Assembly (NCBI GenBank): GCA_963662315.1
Contig: OY759353.1
Coordinates: forward strand, 352,001-416,000
Origin: Geopsychrobacteraceae bacterium
GTDB lineage: Bacteria; Desulfobacterota; Desulfuromonadia; Desulfuromonadales; Geopsychrobacteraceae
Direction of reading: 5' to 3'
Length of the DNA: 64,000 nucleotides
Every line of letters begins with the position of its first letter. Position 1 is the first letter of the stretch. Under the pieces are notes generated by a model, which saw only the letters and a program-made list of their open reading frames with translations, was not told where the DNA came from and did not search any database. Positions 7,989 through 19,388 of the stretch are shown in pieces. A program made the translations under genes and the position numbers.

Positions 7989-9904
7989 TTGTGAATACAT
8001 CTGGGCATTACATCATTGGTACGGCTGGTCATGTTGATCATGGTAAAACGGCGCTTATCCGTGCTCTAACCGGTATTGAAACTGATCGCTTGCGTGAGGA
8101 ACAGCAACGGGGCATTTCTATCGAGTTGGGCTTTGCCCGCCTTGACCTGGGAAATGGGCAGGTTGCCGGCGTCGTGGATGTCCCGGGGCATGAAAAATTT
8201 ATTCCGCAGATGCTCAGCGGTATTGCCGGTATCGACCTGGTTTTGCTGCTGGTTGATGCCAATGAAGGGGTCATGCCTCAAACCCGTGAGCATCTCGAAA
8301 TTATGGAACTGTTACAGGTCCGTAACGGTATCCTGGTTATTTCCAAGGCCGATCTGGTTGAGGAGGATTGGCTGGATATTATCGAAGAAGAGATTCGGGA
8401 GCAGGTGGCAGGAACTTTTCTGGCTAAAGCACCCTGTTGCAGGGTTTCTGCGTTGAACGGGACTGGCCTTGATCATCTGCTGCAGGTGATTCGCGAACGG
8501 TTGGCCCGGGTATCGGCGCGGGACGCCAGCGGTGCGGTACGTCTGCCGGTTGATCGCTGTTTCAGTATCAGCGGTTTTGGGACCGTGGTCACTGGGACTT
8601 TGAACAGTGGTACGATTCATAACGGTGATGCTCTTGAAGTTCTGCCTGCGGGCATTACGGCACGGGTGCGAGAACTGCAGGTGCATGACCAGACTGTGGA
8701 AAAGGCTTTTGCCGGGCAGCGTGTTGCCATTAATCTGTCCGGAGTCGCGCGTGAAGAAGTCCCGCGTGGTTCGGTTATTGGTACGGCTGGTCTTTATCGC
8801 CCTGCCGAGCGGCTTGATGCTCATCTCAGACTGTTGGCGACGGCACCACGATCTGTTAAGTTTCGCGATCCGGTTCATCTGCACCTTGGGACGGGTAGGG
8901 CGGTTGCCAGGGTTGTGCTGTTGGATCGGGATGAGCTTGAAGCCGGTCAGGAGGCTTATGTTCAGCTGGCCCTCGATCAACCGTTGCTGGCTCATCGTGG
9001 TGATCGCTTTATAATTCGCTCCTATTCACCTATGGTGACTATTGGCGGAGGCGTTGTTATTGATAGTGAACCGCACAAGCATAAACGTTTCCACCCCGAA
9101 GTCATTAAACGTCTTCACGATTTGTCTTCCGGCGATCTGGGGTTCTGGTTGCAGAAGCTTGAAGAACTGCAGGTTGCCAGGGTTAAGGATCTGGAAAAGC
9201 ACACCGGAACCAGTCGCGAACAGCTGCTGGCCGGGTTGCAGCAGTTATCGGATGCCGGTGAAATTGTCTTGTTGGGCGATCAGTGGGTGACCACCGGTCT
9301 GGTCCGGAGCTGGAAACAACAGATACCGGCAATTGTTCAGGATTATCAGGTCCGCAATCATCTGTTGCATGGCCTGCCCCGAGCGACGCTGCAGGCCCGC
9401 CTCAGTGCCAAACTGGCCGCTAAGAGTTTTGATGTGTTGCTGCAGGATATCATCTACAACGGGGTTCTCGTGCAGCATGGCGATCTGTTGGCGACCCCGG
9501 ATTGGCAGCCGCAGCCCAACGCTGTTGAACAGGCTGATCTGGAGCGCATTGTCGCAGTGTTTAAGGCGGAAGGGTTTGCGGTTAAAAGTAACCGTGAAAT
9601 ATTCTTACAGCTGGGCATCTCCGTAGACAATATGGAAAGCTATTTGACTTTTTTAGCGCTGGAGGAGCAAATTGTCCGCCTGAACCAGGAAAATTCACTG
9701 GCGTATTCCGTTTATGCCGAAGCTGAGCGGCGTCTTGTTGATCTGCTCGCTAAGCAGGAGGCTTTTACCCTGGCGGAATTTCGCGATCTTATCAATAGTG
9801 GTCGTAAATTGGCCCAGGCCCTGCTGGAATATTTTGACGCCCGCAAATATACCCGGCGCAGTGGGGATCAGCGGGTTGCCTGGCAATTGCCGGAAACGGT
9901 GTAA
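7985..9904 (+). CDS. selB: Selenocysteine-specific elongation factor
   Basis: GTAGHVDHGKT, DVPGHE, C-terminal winged-helix end SGRKLAQALLEYFD; overlaps selA stop. Confidence 0.97.
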   Translation: MIVNTSGHYIIGTAGHVDHGKTALIRALTGIETDRLREEQQRGISIELGFARLDLGNGQVAGVVDVPGHEKFIPQMLSGIAGIDLVLLLVDANEGVMPQTREHLEIMELLQVRNGILVISKADLVEEDWLDIIEEEIREQVAGTFLAKAPCCRVSALNGTGLDHLLQVIRERLARVSARDASGAVRLPVDRCFSISGFGTVVTGTLNSGTIHNGDALEVLPAGITARVRELQVHDQTVEKAFAGQRVAINLSGVAREEVPRGSVIGTAGLYRPAERLDAHLRLLATAPRSVKFRDPVHLHLGTGRAVARVVLLDRDELEAGQEAYVQLALDQPLLAHRGDRFIIRSYSPMVTIGGGVVIDSEPHKHKRFHPEVIKRLHDLSSGDLGFWLQKLEELQVARVKDLEKHTGTSREQLLAGLQQLSDAGEIVLLGDQWVTTGLVRSWKQQIPAIVQDYQVRNHLLHGLPRATLQARLSAKLAAKSFDVLLQDIIYNGVLVQHGDLLATPDWQPQPNAVEQADLERIVAVFKAEGFAVKSNREIFLQLGISVDNMESYLTFLALEEQIVRLNQENSLAYSVYAEAERRLVDLLAKQEAFTLAEFRDLINSGRKLAQALLEYFDARKYTRRSGDQRVAWQLPETV

Positions 9905-9978
9905 ATGATTTGTGAACCGTGAATTATGTGTCTGTTTACGGTGTATCGATAACCCAACTTAAAGGAAGATGAACTGAA

Positions 9979-11016
9979 GTGACGAAAAGACTTACTTCGT
10001 TATCACGCAGCTCTGGTTGAGCGGCCAAAATTGGTCCAGAGACCCTGGCTCAGGTACTGAGTCAGCTGCCGATAACGCATAATCCTAACCTGTTGTCCCA
10101 GGAAATCCCTTTTGCTGATTCCGCGATTTATCGTTTAAGCGATAATCAGGCGCTGGTTCAGTCGGTGGATTTTTTTACCCCGGTGGTTGATGACCCATTT
10201 CGTTATGGGCAGATTGCCGCGGCTAATTCTTTGTCCGATATTTATGCTGTCGGTGCGCGGCCGATTATGGCCCTGAACCTGGTCTCTTTTCCGGTCAATT
10301 GTCTTGACCCTGAGGTGTTGCTGCAGATTCTGCAGGGTGGGGCGGAAAGAGTTCAGGCCGCGGGTGCGGTTATCGCTGGCGGGCATTCGATTGAGGACGA
10401 AGAACCGAAATACGGGTTAAGTGTTACCGGTCTGGTGGATCCGGGGCTCATGGTTACGGCATGTGGCTGTCAGCCGGGTGACCAGCTGATTCTGACCAAA
10501 CCGCTCGGCACCGGTTTTTTGACCACGGCTTTAAAGGGGGGGATGCTGAGCGAAAGGGATATGGCTGCGGCCATTGACGGCATGGCGACTCTCAACCGCG
10601 ACGCTTCTGAAGTGATGATGGCAGTGGGGGTTTCCGGTTGCACTGATATAACCGGCTTCGGACTGGCTGGGCATGCTTCTGAAATGGCCAGCGCCAGTAA
10701 GGTAGCGATTAAGCTATTCGTTGAGCGGTTGCCTCTTTATCCGCAGGCCAGGGATATGGCGGAAATGGGGCTGGTTCCGGTCGGTGCCCATCGCAATCGT
10801 AAATTCTATTTCTCGGCGGTCCGGGGGCAGGAAGACTGTGATCCTGTTGCTCTTGATATTCTTAGCGATCCCCAGACCTCCGGTGGTTTGCTGATCGCGG
10901 TTGCTCCGGAAAAGAGTTTACACTTGCAGGAGTCTATGCTGCAGCGTGGTGTGCCGGCCTATGTTGTCGGTGAGGTCTGTTCCGGTGACGCCGGGACCAT
11001 TATTCTGGAATGCTGA
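9979..11016 (+). CDS. selD: Selenide, water dikinase; selenoprotein with Sec at codon 14 (345 aa)
   Basis: GTG 9979 gives MTKRLTSLSRSSG-UGA(10018-10020)-AAKIGP, in frame with the track ORF 10093-11016; SelD motifs DFFTP, AANSLSDIYA, GGHS, TDITGFGL, DPQTSGGLL. Confidence 0.95.
10021..10050 (+). promoter_or_regulatory. Bacterial SECIS hairpin of selD
   Basis: Directly 3' of the UGA: GCCA(10024-27)...GGTC-CAGA-GACC(10033-44)...TGGC(10046-49), G-containing apical loop. Confidence 0.8.
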
Positions 11017-11019
11017 GAT

Positions 11020-11193
11020 ATGCTGTCTTTGGGAATTGTTGAGTTAACCGTCCTGGTCGCCATTATTGCTGTTATTGGCGGCTGGCGCATGGTTCCGCGT
11101 CTGTTGCGCAGCCTGCAACGCTATCGTTTGCTCCGGCCGGATCTCGCGGCGCGTGTTTCCAGTATCCTGCGGTTTTTTTCCGGGGGCCGATAG
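11020..11193 (+). CDS. 57-aa single-pass membrane peptide with TatA/TatE-like N-terminus
   Basis: Below the track cutoff. ATG 3 nt after selD stop; MLSLGIVELTVLVAIIAVIGGWRMVPRLLRSLQRYRLLRPDLAARVSSILRFFSGGR; fills the gap to the convergent gene exactly. Confidence 0.65.
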   Translation: MLSLGIVELTVLVAIIAVIGGWRMVPRLLRSLQRYRLLRPDLAARVSSILRFFSGGR

Positions 11194-11196
11194 GAG

Positions 11197-13344
11197 CTAA
11201 TAGGAAAATTTCGCAAAGGGGGAGTAGAGCGAGGCATGCAGTGCCTCGTTCAGGGTCACGATTCCCTGCGCTTCGAGTAGTGGTATCAGTTTCAGAAGCA
11301 CTTCACCAGTCACAATCGCATCTCCCAGAGCCGTATGGCGGCCAACGATCGTCACACTCAGGCGGGCGGCAAGCTCTTCCAGTGAATGTGAATCCTGGTT
11401 CGGATGAACAATAGATGATAACAGTAAGGTATCTAAAACCGGGTTGGTGAAAACCAGTCCGGTTTTGCGTTCCTGCAATTCCAGAAAGCGCATGTCGAAC
11501 GCGGCATTATGGGCGACCAGGACGGAGTTGTCGACAAAGCGGTGAAAGTGGGGGAGGACCTTGTCGATGGTTGGCTGTCCTTTAAGCAGGCGCGGTTCAA
11601 TGCCATGAATAGCCACAGATTCTGGCGGGACGAAACGTTTCGGATCGATCAGCTGATCGATGGTTTCGTGGAACAGCAGTTGCCTGTTAATGATCCGTAT
11701 GGCGCCCAGTTGGATGATCTGGTCTCCCTGTGAGGGGTTGAGGCCGGTTGTTTCCGTGTCAAAGACGACATAGGTCAGCTGGGAAAGTGGAATATCCCCA
11801 AGCTCATCCAGATTAGCCCGGCTAAACAGGTTGAACTCGTACGAAACCGGCCGGTGCTCAATTTCACTTTGCAGGCTGGCCCTGCGGTCTTTGGCTAAAG
11901 GTGGCAGACCCAGAACAAAACCTTTGGTTTTATGCTCGCCGTCATCAACAAGGCTGATGCTGCCATCCATACGCCTGATCAGATCGTTGACGCTGAAAGG
12001 TTTTCCCGTTGCATCAGTCAGCAATGGAGTTCTTTTCCAGTCTTGTAGCAGTTCGCTGTCAACCTGGCTGTCCGGCCACGTGAAAGTTATCTCGGTGTTG
12101 TTCTGTTCATCGCTGGTCACTGTGATCACTAACTCTTTAACAGTGGTCTGGTGGTCAAGTTGATCAGCCAGAGAGACCAGGGCCTGAACAATGGTATAAC
12201 TGTCAATCTGCAACCAGATCCCTGCAGGTGCGGTGGCGGTCACCATGAGGCGGGTACGCTCGCTTATCGTCTGACTGATAATGTCAAGCAGGTTATTGGC
12301 CAGAACATGCTCGCTACGGTTAAGTTCATACTGGTGCAAGGCATAGGTGCTGCGTGCCTCATTGGCTTTTTCCTGGAGAATACGTGAGCTGCTGTCAATC
12401 TGGCGGCGATAGGAGTCAAGTTCTGTGCTGTTGAGTTGCGGCTTGCTGAGGATGGTACTGATTGCTGAACGGATGCTCTGCAGGTACTGTTGCTGGTCCT
12501 CAATCAGGGTTTGAATGAGCGTGTCACGGCGCTTGTCTGCTTCAATCTGGCTGGTCATGTCCTCCAGGGTCAAAACGATACCGGAAATACTGCGCTGGCC
12601 ATCCTGCTCTGTAAAAAAGGGGGCCATATTGACGCGCAGATAGAGACCGCCTGGGAGGGTCATCATCGTTTTATTGACCAGCTTTGAGCGACCGGACGTA
12701 TGACATTTATGCAGCATTTCAAGACCATGAACAATAGGGTCCCGGTCGAGAATGCCGAACACTGAGCGTCCCAGCCCCAGGATCCCCTGGTCTGCATGAC
12801 CTTGCTCCTTGCTGGTGAGGATCTGCTGTGCCTGCTGATTATAGAGGAGAATCTGACCGTCGCCGTTACAGACAATAACACCATGGGGAAGTTCAGACAT
12901 AAGGGCCGCAAGGCGGGTGCGTTCTTCATTCAGGGTGGCCTGGGCGACGGCAATCTTGCCGGCAACGTCACATTGGAGTTCGGCGAAGGCATCGGCTGAC
13001 TGGTTGAGAATCTGTGACAGGTATTCTATTTCTTTCGAGGCACTTTTAAGCTCGATTCGATGTTCCGGATTGACTGACGTGATGATTCTGGCGCTTTCAG
13101 CGAGTTTTAAGGTTGGGATGATATAATCATTGAATAGCAGATTGATAAGGGCCCCCAGAATAAACAGTATGGTGATGGTGCCCAGCAGGGGGAAGGGGAG
13201 CAGCTTGCTGATCATGGTGCCGAGGAGCTGTTGTTGTGCTTCGTCCAGACTGGCCCAGGCGCCAATGAGGCTGGCTGCGATAATGCTGGTTACCGCAAAG
13301 TATATAGCAATAAGAAATATCCAGTATTTAAAACTAGGTTTCAT
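11197..13344 (-). CDS. Membrane-anchored PAS-domain protein with C-terminal DEDDh (DnaQ-like) 3'-5' exonuclease domain
   Basis: Two N-terminal hydrophobic helices, HAMP-like segment, PAS (LPHGVIVCNGDGQILLYNQQA), exonuclease motifs VFDTETTG, HNAAFD, HTALGD. Start ATG 13344 or TTG 13362. Confidence 0.88.
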   Translation of the reverse strand: MKPSFKYWIFLIAIYFAVTSIIAASLIGAWASLDEAQQQLLGTMISKLLPFPLLGTITILFILGALINLLFNDYIIPTLKLAESARIITSVNPEHRIELKSASKEIEYLSQILNQSADAFAELQCDVAGKIAVAQATLNEERTRLAALMSELPHGVIVCNGDGQILLYNQQAQQILTSKEQGHADQGILGLGRSVFGILDRDPIVHGLEMLHKCHTSGRSKLVNKTMMTLPGGLYLRVNMAPFFTEQDGQRSISGIVLTLEDMTSQIEADKRRDTLIQTLIEDQQQYLQSIRSAISTILSKPQLNSTELDSYRRQIDSSSRILQEKANEARSTYALHQYELNRSEHVLANNLLDIISQTISERTRLMVTATAPAGIWLQIDSYTIVQALVSLADQLDHQTTVKELVITVTSDEQNNTEITFTWPDSQVDSELLQDWKRTPLLTDATGKPFSVNDLIRRMDGSISLVDDGEHKTKGFVLGLPPLAKDRRASLQSEIEHRPVSYEFNLFSRANLDELGDIPLSQLTYVVFDTETTGLNPSQGDQIIQLGAIRIINRQLLFHETIDQLIDPKRFVPPESVAIHGIEPRLLKGQPTIDKVLPHFHRFVDNSVLVAHNAAFDMRFLELQERKTGLVFTNPVLDTLLLSSIVHPNQDSHSLEELAARLSVTIVGRHTALGDAIVTGEVLLKLIPLLEAQGIVTLNEALHASLYSPFAKFSY

Positions 13345-13536
13345 AATTGCCGTAACCGCCAAGGCTCCGATTTTAGAGGTGGAATGTTAATGGTAACTCC
13401 TTACAATAGTGCCATTGTTCTAGTTTGGAGTTGGTTAATTGGTGTATCTTTTAGATAATTTAATGACGTATTTTAACAAGACTATAGGATAAAAATAAAG
13501 GATTGGCAAACATTGTTGTAATTAAGTTGGGGGGAT

Positions 13537-13571
13537 AAAAAAAGCGAACTGCCGTAAGTCAGTTCGCTTTT
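13537..13571 (-). terminator. Intrinsic terminator after purC
   Basis: AAAAGCGAACTG / CAGTTCGCTTTT inverted repeat with T run on the minus strand. Confidence 0.8.
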
Positions 13572-13604
13572 AATTATTTTAAATGGGTTGTGCAGCGCTA
13601 TTGT

Positions 13605-14486
13605 TTATGCCGTAAGGCGTTTAAGCGCTTCCAGGTATTTTTCACCTGTTTTACGCACGATCTCCTCGGGCAGATTCGGAGCTGGTGCGGTTTTACCCCA
13701 ATCGAGGGTTTCCAGGTAGTCGCGCAGGAACTGTTTGTCAAAGCTGGGTTGGGCGCCGCCGGGCTGATACTCGTCGGCAGGCCAGAAGCGTGAGGAGTCT
13801 GGGGTGAGTGCTTCGTCAATCCAGATCAGTTCACCGTTATACATGCCGAATTCAAATTTGGTGTCGGCGATGATGATACCCTTTGTGGCTGCAAAATCGC
13901 GGGCCCGCTCATAAATTTGGATACTGGTATCGGATACCTTCTGAGCGAGGTCCCTGCCACACAGCTCGGCCGCCTTGTCAAAGGAAATGTTTTCGTCGTG
14001 CATACCAAGATCCGCTTTGGTCGATGGTGTAAACAGAGTCTGTGGCAGCTTGTCGCTTTGCAGCAGGCCTGCTGGCAGTGGAATGCTGCAAACTGAGCCC
14101 TGCTTCTGATATTCTTTCCAGCCGCTGCCAGAGATGTAGCCGCGAACGATGCACTCGATAGGCAGGGGGCTGGCTTTTTGGGTCAGCATACTGCGCCCCT
14201 CAAGCTGATCGCGGTACTGGTGTGTGACGGCCGGGAAATCGTCGACCTCGGTAGCGATCAGATGGTTGGGAATAAGGTCGGCCATCTGCTCAAACCAGAA
14301 TTTGGAAATCTGGGTCAGGACATATCCTTTTTGTGGAATCCCTTCGTTCATGATCACATCGAAGGCGGAAATTCTGTCCGTGGTAACAATCAGCAGATGC
14401 TCGCCAAGGTCGTAAATATCCCTGACTTTACCGCGATTGATAAGTTTCAGGCCTGGGCAATTGGTTTCTGTGACGATAGGTGTCAT
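13605..14486 (-). CDS. purC: SAICAR synthetase
   Basis: [49 protein letters not shown]. Confidence 0.97.
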   Translation of the reverse strand: MTPIVTETNCPGLKLINRGKVRDIYDLGEHLLIVTTDRISAFDVIMNEGIPQKGYVLTQISKFWFEQMADLIPNHLIATEVDDFPAVTHQYRDQLEGRSMLTQKASPLPIECIVRGYISGSGWKEYQKQGSVCSIPLPAGLLQSDKLPQTLFTPSTKADLGMHDENISFDKAAELCGRDLAQKVSDTSIQIYERARDFAATKGIIIADTKFEFGMYNGELIWIDEALTPDSSRFWPADEYQPGGAQPSFDKQFLRDYLETLDWGKTAPAPNLPEEIVRKTGEKYLEALKRLTA

Positions 14487-16441
14487 GATTTGCTACTCCC
14501 ACTTTTAAAAGCACTGATCAGGTCTGGTACCATAATATTGATGTCAGCCTGCTGAAGTAAATCGTTGATTTTATTATTAACCATCTGGGTTTTCTTCTCG
14601 GCAAGTAGACGGTCTTTAAGTTGGGTGATGGCGGCTTCGTCGGCCATTTTGAAATCTGCCGGCTTGGCTTCTTTGAGTCCGGCGACCAAGTAACGGTTGC
14701 CAAGTTCATAGACTTTTGGAGCCACAGAATCGTCAGATGTTAACGTGAAAGCGACATCGGCCAGCTCGGTGACTGCTCCGACGCGGGGGATGAAGTTCCC
14801 ATAGCTGCGACTGAAATCTCCGGTTTCTTCCGTTGCTACTTTGAGCGCTTTGGCGGCTTTCTCAAGGTTCTTTTGTTGTTTCGCCTCGGCAAGTAATTTT
14901 TCAGCCAGTTCTTTAGCCAGGCTGGCTGCCTGCTCGCTACGATAAGCCTGCTCAACTTTGTTTTTTACTTCGGCCAATTCCGGCAGGTGGCTTGGCTTGC
15001 GGTCTTTCAGGGCAAACAGGAAAATTCCCTCGGCCGTCTGTATCGGGCGGGCTAACTCGCCAGCTTTAAGTGCAAAAGCGGCCTGGCTGACTTCGAGGAT
15101 TTTTCCGATACCGTCAATGGGATCTTCAAGTGCAAAAAAGCCTGTTTCTTTAATGCCCAGGTTGTTGGCGGAGGCTGCAGCTTCGAGGTTTCCGGTTTTG
15201 CGATTGATATTGTAGGCATCCATGGCCTTTTCATAGGCAAGCTGTTGGGCCTTTTCGGTTGTTAGCCCTTGTTTGACCTGATCGATAACATCAACCAGCG
15301 GTTTTACCCCTGCTTCGGTATGTTCGCTGACCTTGATAATGTGAAAACCAAAGGGGGTGCGAACAACGCCGCTTAGCTGGCCTGGCTTCAAAGCGAAGGC
15401 CGCGTCTTCGAAGGCACCAACCATGATGCCGCGACCAAAGGTGCCAAGATCGCCACCCTTGTCAGCGTTACTCTTGTCATCTGAGTGGGCTTTTGCCATG
15501 GCGGCAAAATCTGCGCCTTCACGCAGCTGCTTAAGCAGGTCTTCAGCAAGTTCGCGCCGTTTGTCAATGGTTTGCTGGTCAGCATCCTGGGCAACTGTCA
15601 ACAGAATGTGGGCGGCTTTGACCTCTTCCTTGATTTCAAACTTGTCAAGGTTACGACGATAGAAACGCTCGACCTCTTCATCGCTAAAGGGGGGAAGTTC
15701 GTTTTTATAGCGGTTCGGGTCAAATTGCAGATAGCGGATGGCAATTCTCTCAGGCACTTCAAATTTGTCTTTGTTTTTCTCAAAGAAAGCGTTGAGCCCC
15801 TGGGAATCGACTTTGACCTTTGTTTCGACCAGCGCCGGTGTCAACCAGGCGATGGTAAGATTGATTTTGTCGCTTTCATTGTGAAAGGCCTGCTCAAGTT
15901 CGGCGTCACCGATCATGGCTCCCTGTTGCAACTGATCACGGACTTTCTGTGTCAACAGTTGGCGACGCTGGGCGTTTTCAAACTGTTCGGGGGTCATGCG
16001 CTGATAATTGAGCACCTGCAGATAACGATCGCGATTGAATTGGCCATTGATCTGGAATGCTTCATATTTGGCGATACTGTCAACCAGCTCTTTTTCGCTG
16101 ACATCCAGATCCATGGCATCAGCCTGTTGAACCAGAAGTTCCTCTTCAATAAGTTGTTGAAGGGCCTGCTGGGGCAGGTTCAGTTGCTTTTCCAGGACCG
16201 CGTTGAAGTTGCCCTGATAGATGCTCTGATAAAGGTTATAGAGATTACTGTAAGCCGTCTGAAATGATGCGTAACTGATCTCGGTGTCATTTACCGTGGC
16301 AGCAACATCACTGGCTTGTCGGCCGTTGCGGTCCTTTGGGGCGGTCAACATCGTGTAACCAATAACAAAACTCAAGATGATCAAACCAAAAGCTATTTTG
16401 ATCAGGATCGATTTTTGCTTGGTTCTGACAAAGTCAAGCAT
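14483..16441 (-). CDS. ppiD: SurA N-terminal domain / parvulin PPIase (PpiD family)
   Basis: N-terminal membrane anchor, AAHILL...[13 protein letters not shown]...GGDLG...[10 protein letters not shown] parvulin domain, 652 aa. Confidence 0.88.
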   Translation of the reverse strand: MLDFVRTKQKSILIKIAFGLIILSFVIGYTMLTAPKDRNGRQASDVAATVNDTEISYASFQTAYSNLYNLYQSIYQGNFNAVLEKQLNLPQQALQQLIEEELLVQQADAMDLDVSEKELVDSIAKYEAFQINGQFNRDRYLQVLNYQRMTPEQFENAQRRQLLTQKVRDQLQQGAMIGDAELEQAFHNESDKINLTIAWLTPALVETKVKVDSQGLNAFFEKNKDKFEVPERIAIRYLQFDPNRYKNELPPFSDEEVERFYRRNLDKFEIKEEVKAAHILLTVAQDADQQTIDKRRELAEDLLKQLREGADFAAMAKAHSDDKSNADKGGDLGTFGRGIMVGAFEDAAFALKPGQLSGVVRTPFGFHIIKVSEHTEAGVKPLVDVIDQVKQGLTTEKAQQLAYEKAMDAYNINRKTGNLEAAASANNLGIKETGFFALEDPIDGIGKILEVSQAAFALKAGELARPIQTAEGIFLFALKDRKPSHLPELAEVKNKVEQAYRSEQAASLAKELAEKLLAEAKQQKNLEKAAKALKVATEETGDFSRSYGNFIPRVGAVTELADVAFTLTSDDSVAPKVYELGNRYLVAGLKEAKPADFKMADEAAITQLKDRLLAEKKTQMVNNKINDLLQQADINIMVPDLISAFKSGSSKS

Positions 16442-16864
16442 TGCAGCGATACTCCTCTTTTTTTATTGTAGTTTTGGGTAAAAAACAGGCTCGCATGTTA
16501 GACCAGCAATTCATTGCAATGCAATCCTTTTTTAGTCCCCTCGGGCCGGTGCTTTGTGGATGTTGCAACTGCTTAATATATATAATCTTAATTCTGGAAT
16601 AGGTCGTTCAATAAAGAAGATTGTCTGTGTGGTTTCAATTTTTATCCCCGGAAAGCAATGATAAAAATACGCCCTGAAGGGTAATTTGGCAGATCTGTCA
16701 ATTGTTCGGAGGCTAGTTTTTGCTGAGCTGTCTGGCTATTTCATGTATATTAAATCGTTGCTAAATGTCGTGACTGTTTGTTAGAGTGGCCAAGTTTTTT
16801 CGTACGCTCTGCTGGTGTTTCTGAAAAAATGAGAATGTTAATCAAATCTCTCTACAGGATATGA

Positions 16865-17917
<1,053 letters not shown>

Positions 17918-18036
17918 TGGTTCCGCTTCTAAAGTGATTCGTTTTTTGACAGGGAGGGTCTTGCGATCCTCCCTGTTCCGTTCCTGTACCACGGGTGTTT
18001 TAGTCATTTGGCCAGCCAGGCTCAATGGGGCAAAAA

Positions 18037-18852
18037 ATGCTTCAACTGCTCAGACGTTATCGCATATTCCTGCTGGCAGTGATTGTGCTGTTAGCTTCAG
18101 TTCTTCTATATTCCTATAACTTGCGCAACAAACAGACGACCACGTTTTTTGAGCGGGCGGTTCTGACTTTTTCCGAACCTTTTCAGACCGTTATTGACGA
18201 TTCTTACAAAAGTGTTGTCGGACTTTGGAATCATTACCTGTTTCTTGTCGATGCCAAAAAAGAAAATGACGCTCTGAAAAATGAGGTGGCTGTGCTGCGT
18301 TTTCGCCTGCAGGAAGTTGAAGAGATCTCTTTACAGAACAAGCGTCTGCGTAAGCTGCTTGATTTTGTTGATGATCTAGATAGGCCGGCGTTACCGGCTC
18401 AGGTGATCGGCGAAGATATCAGTAACTGGGCGAGAACTATTATTATTGATAAAGGCTTAAACTCCGGGTTGCGACATGGCATGCCGGTCGTTGCGGCCCA
18501 AGGCGTTGTCGGCCGGGTTATCAAGGTTGCCCAGAACAGCGCCCGGGTTTTGTTGATTACGGATGCTTCGTCGGCTATAGCAGCTTTGATTCAACGTACC
18601 CGGACTCGCGGGGTCGCGCGTGGAATGGGTGAGGACTTATCTGTTGAGTATGCCTTGAATCAGGACGATATTGAGGTCGGTGACCTGATGATCACGTCCG
18701 GTATGGGGGGTGTGTTCCCTAAAGGATTGCCTTTGGGGCGGGTACTGATGGTTGAGAAAGATCAGTTTGGCCTGTTTCAGAAGGTCAAGGTTCAGACCGT
18801 GGTCGATTTTTCGCACCTTGAAGAAGTTATGGTTATTGTCGGAGAAGATTGA
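18037..18852 (+). CDS. mreC: Rod shape-determining protein MreC
   Basis: TM + coiled coil + IIIDKG, GVVGRV, TSGMGGVFPKG; operon position. Alternative start 18025. Confidence 0.95.
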   Translation: MLQLLRRYRIFLLAVIVLLASVLLYSYNLRNKQTTTFFERAVLTFSEPFQTVIDDSYKSVVGLWNHYLFLVDAKKENDALKNEVAVLRFRLQEVEEISLQNKRLRKLLDFVDDLDRPALPAQVIGEDISNWARTIIIDKGLNSGLRHGMPVVAAQGVVGRVIKVAQNSARVLLITDASSAIAALIQRTRTRGVARGMGEDLSVEYALNQDDIEVGDLMITSGMGGVFPKGLPLGRVLMVEKDQFGLFQKVKVQTVVDFSHLEEVMVIVGED

Positions 18853-19388
18853 TGGTCTCCTTTTGCTGTTACATTTTTACTGCTTTTATCTTTATCCTGT
18901 TGCAAAGCAGTGTCTTGATAAAGGTCATATTTCCTTCCTGGCAACCCAGCCTTATCATGGTTCTGGTGATTATCGCCGGGATGCGTGAACCCCTTTTTAC
19001 CGCACTGCTTACCGGATTGGTGCTTGGTGCTTTGCAGGACAGCTTTTCCGGTACCAGCCTGGGCCTCTATGTGACGGTTTATCTGTTTCTTATTTTTCTG
19101 GCCCGTGGTTTATCGGAACAGCTCAATATTGAAAGTCCGCCGTTACTGCTCCTGCTTGTTGCCGGTGGTACTCTGATTGAAAATGCCTTGATCGGAGTAT
19201 TGATGACAGTATTTGCGGAGACAGAACCTGTTGTTGCTATCCTGATTCCGACTCTCCCTTTGCAATTAGTGACGAATCTTGGCTTTGCCGCATTTATGAT
19301 GATGCTTGTCTATTTTATCCAGTGGCTGACCGGCTCCCGAGTCGGTTTGGGCGCGTTGCTTTCCATGGGTCGATTTCATGGGCATTGA
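18852..19388 (+). CDS. mreD: Rod shape-determining protein MreD
   Basis: Hydrophobic, GALQDSFSG motif, between mreC and PBP2. Confidence 0.9.
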   Translation: MVSFCCYIFTAFIFILLQSSVLIKVIFPSWQPSLIMVLVIIAGMREPLFTALLTGLVLGALQDSFSGTSLGLYVTVYLFLIFLARGLSEQLNIESPPLLLLLVAGGTLIENALIGVLMTVFAETEPVVAILIPTLPLQLVTNLGFAAFMMMLVYFIQWLTGSRVGLGALLSMGRFHGH

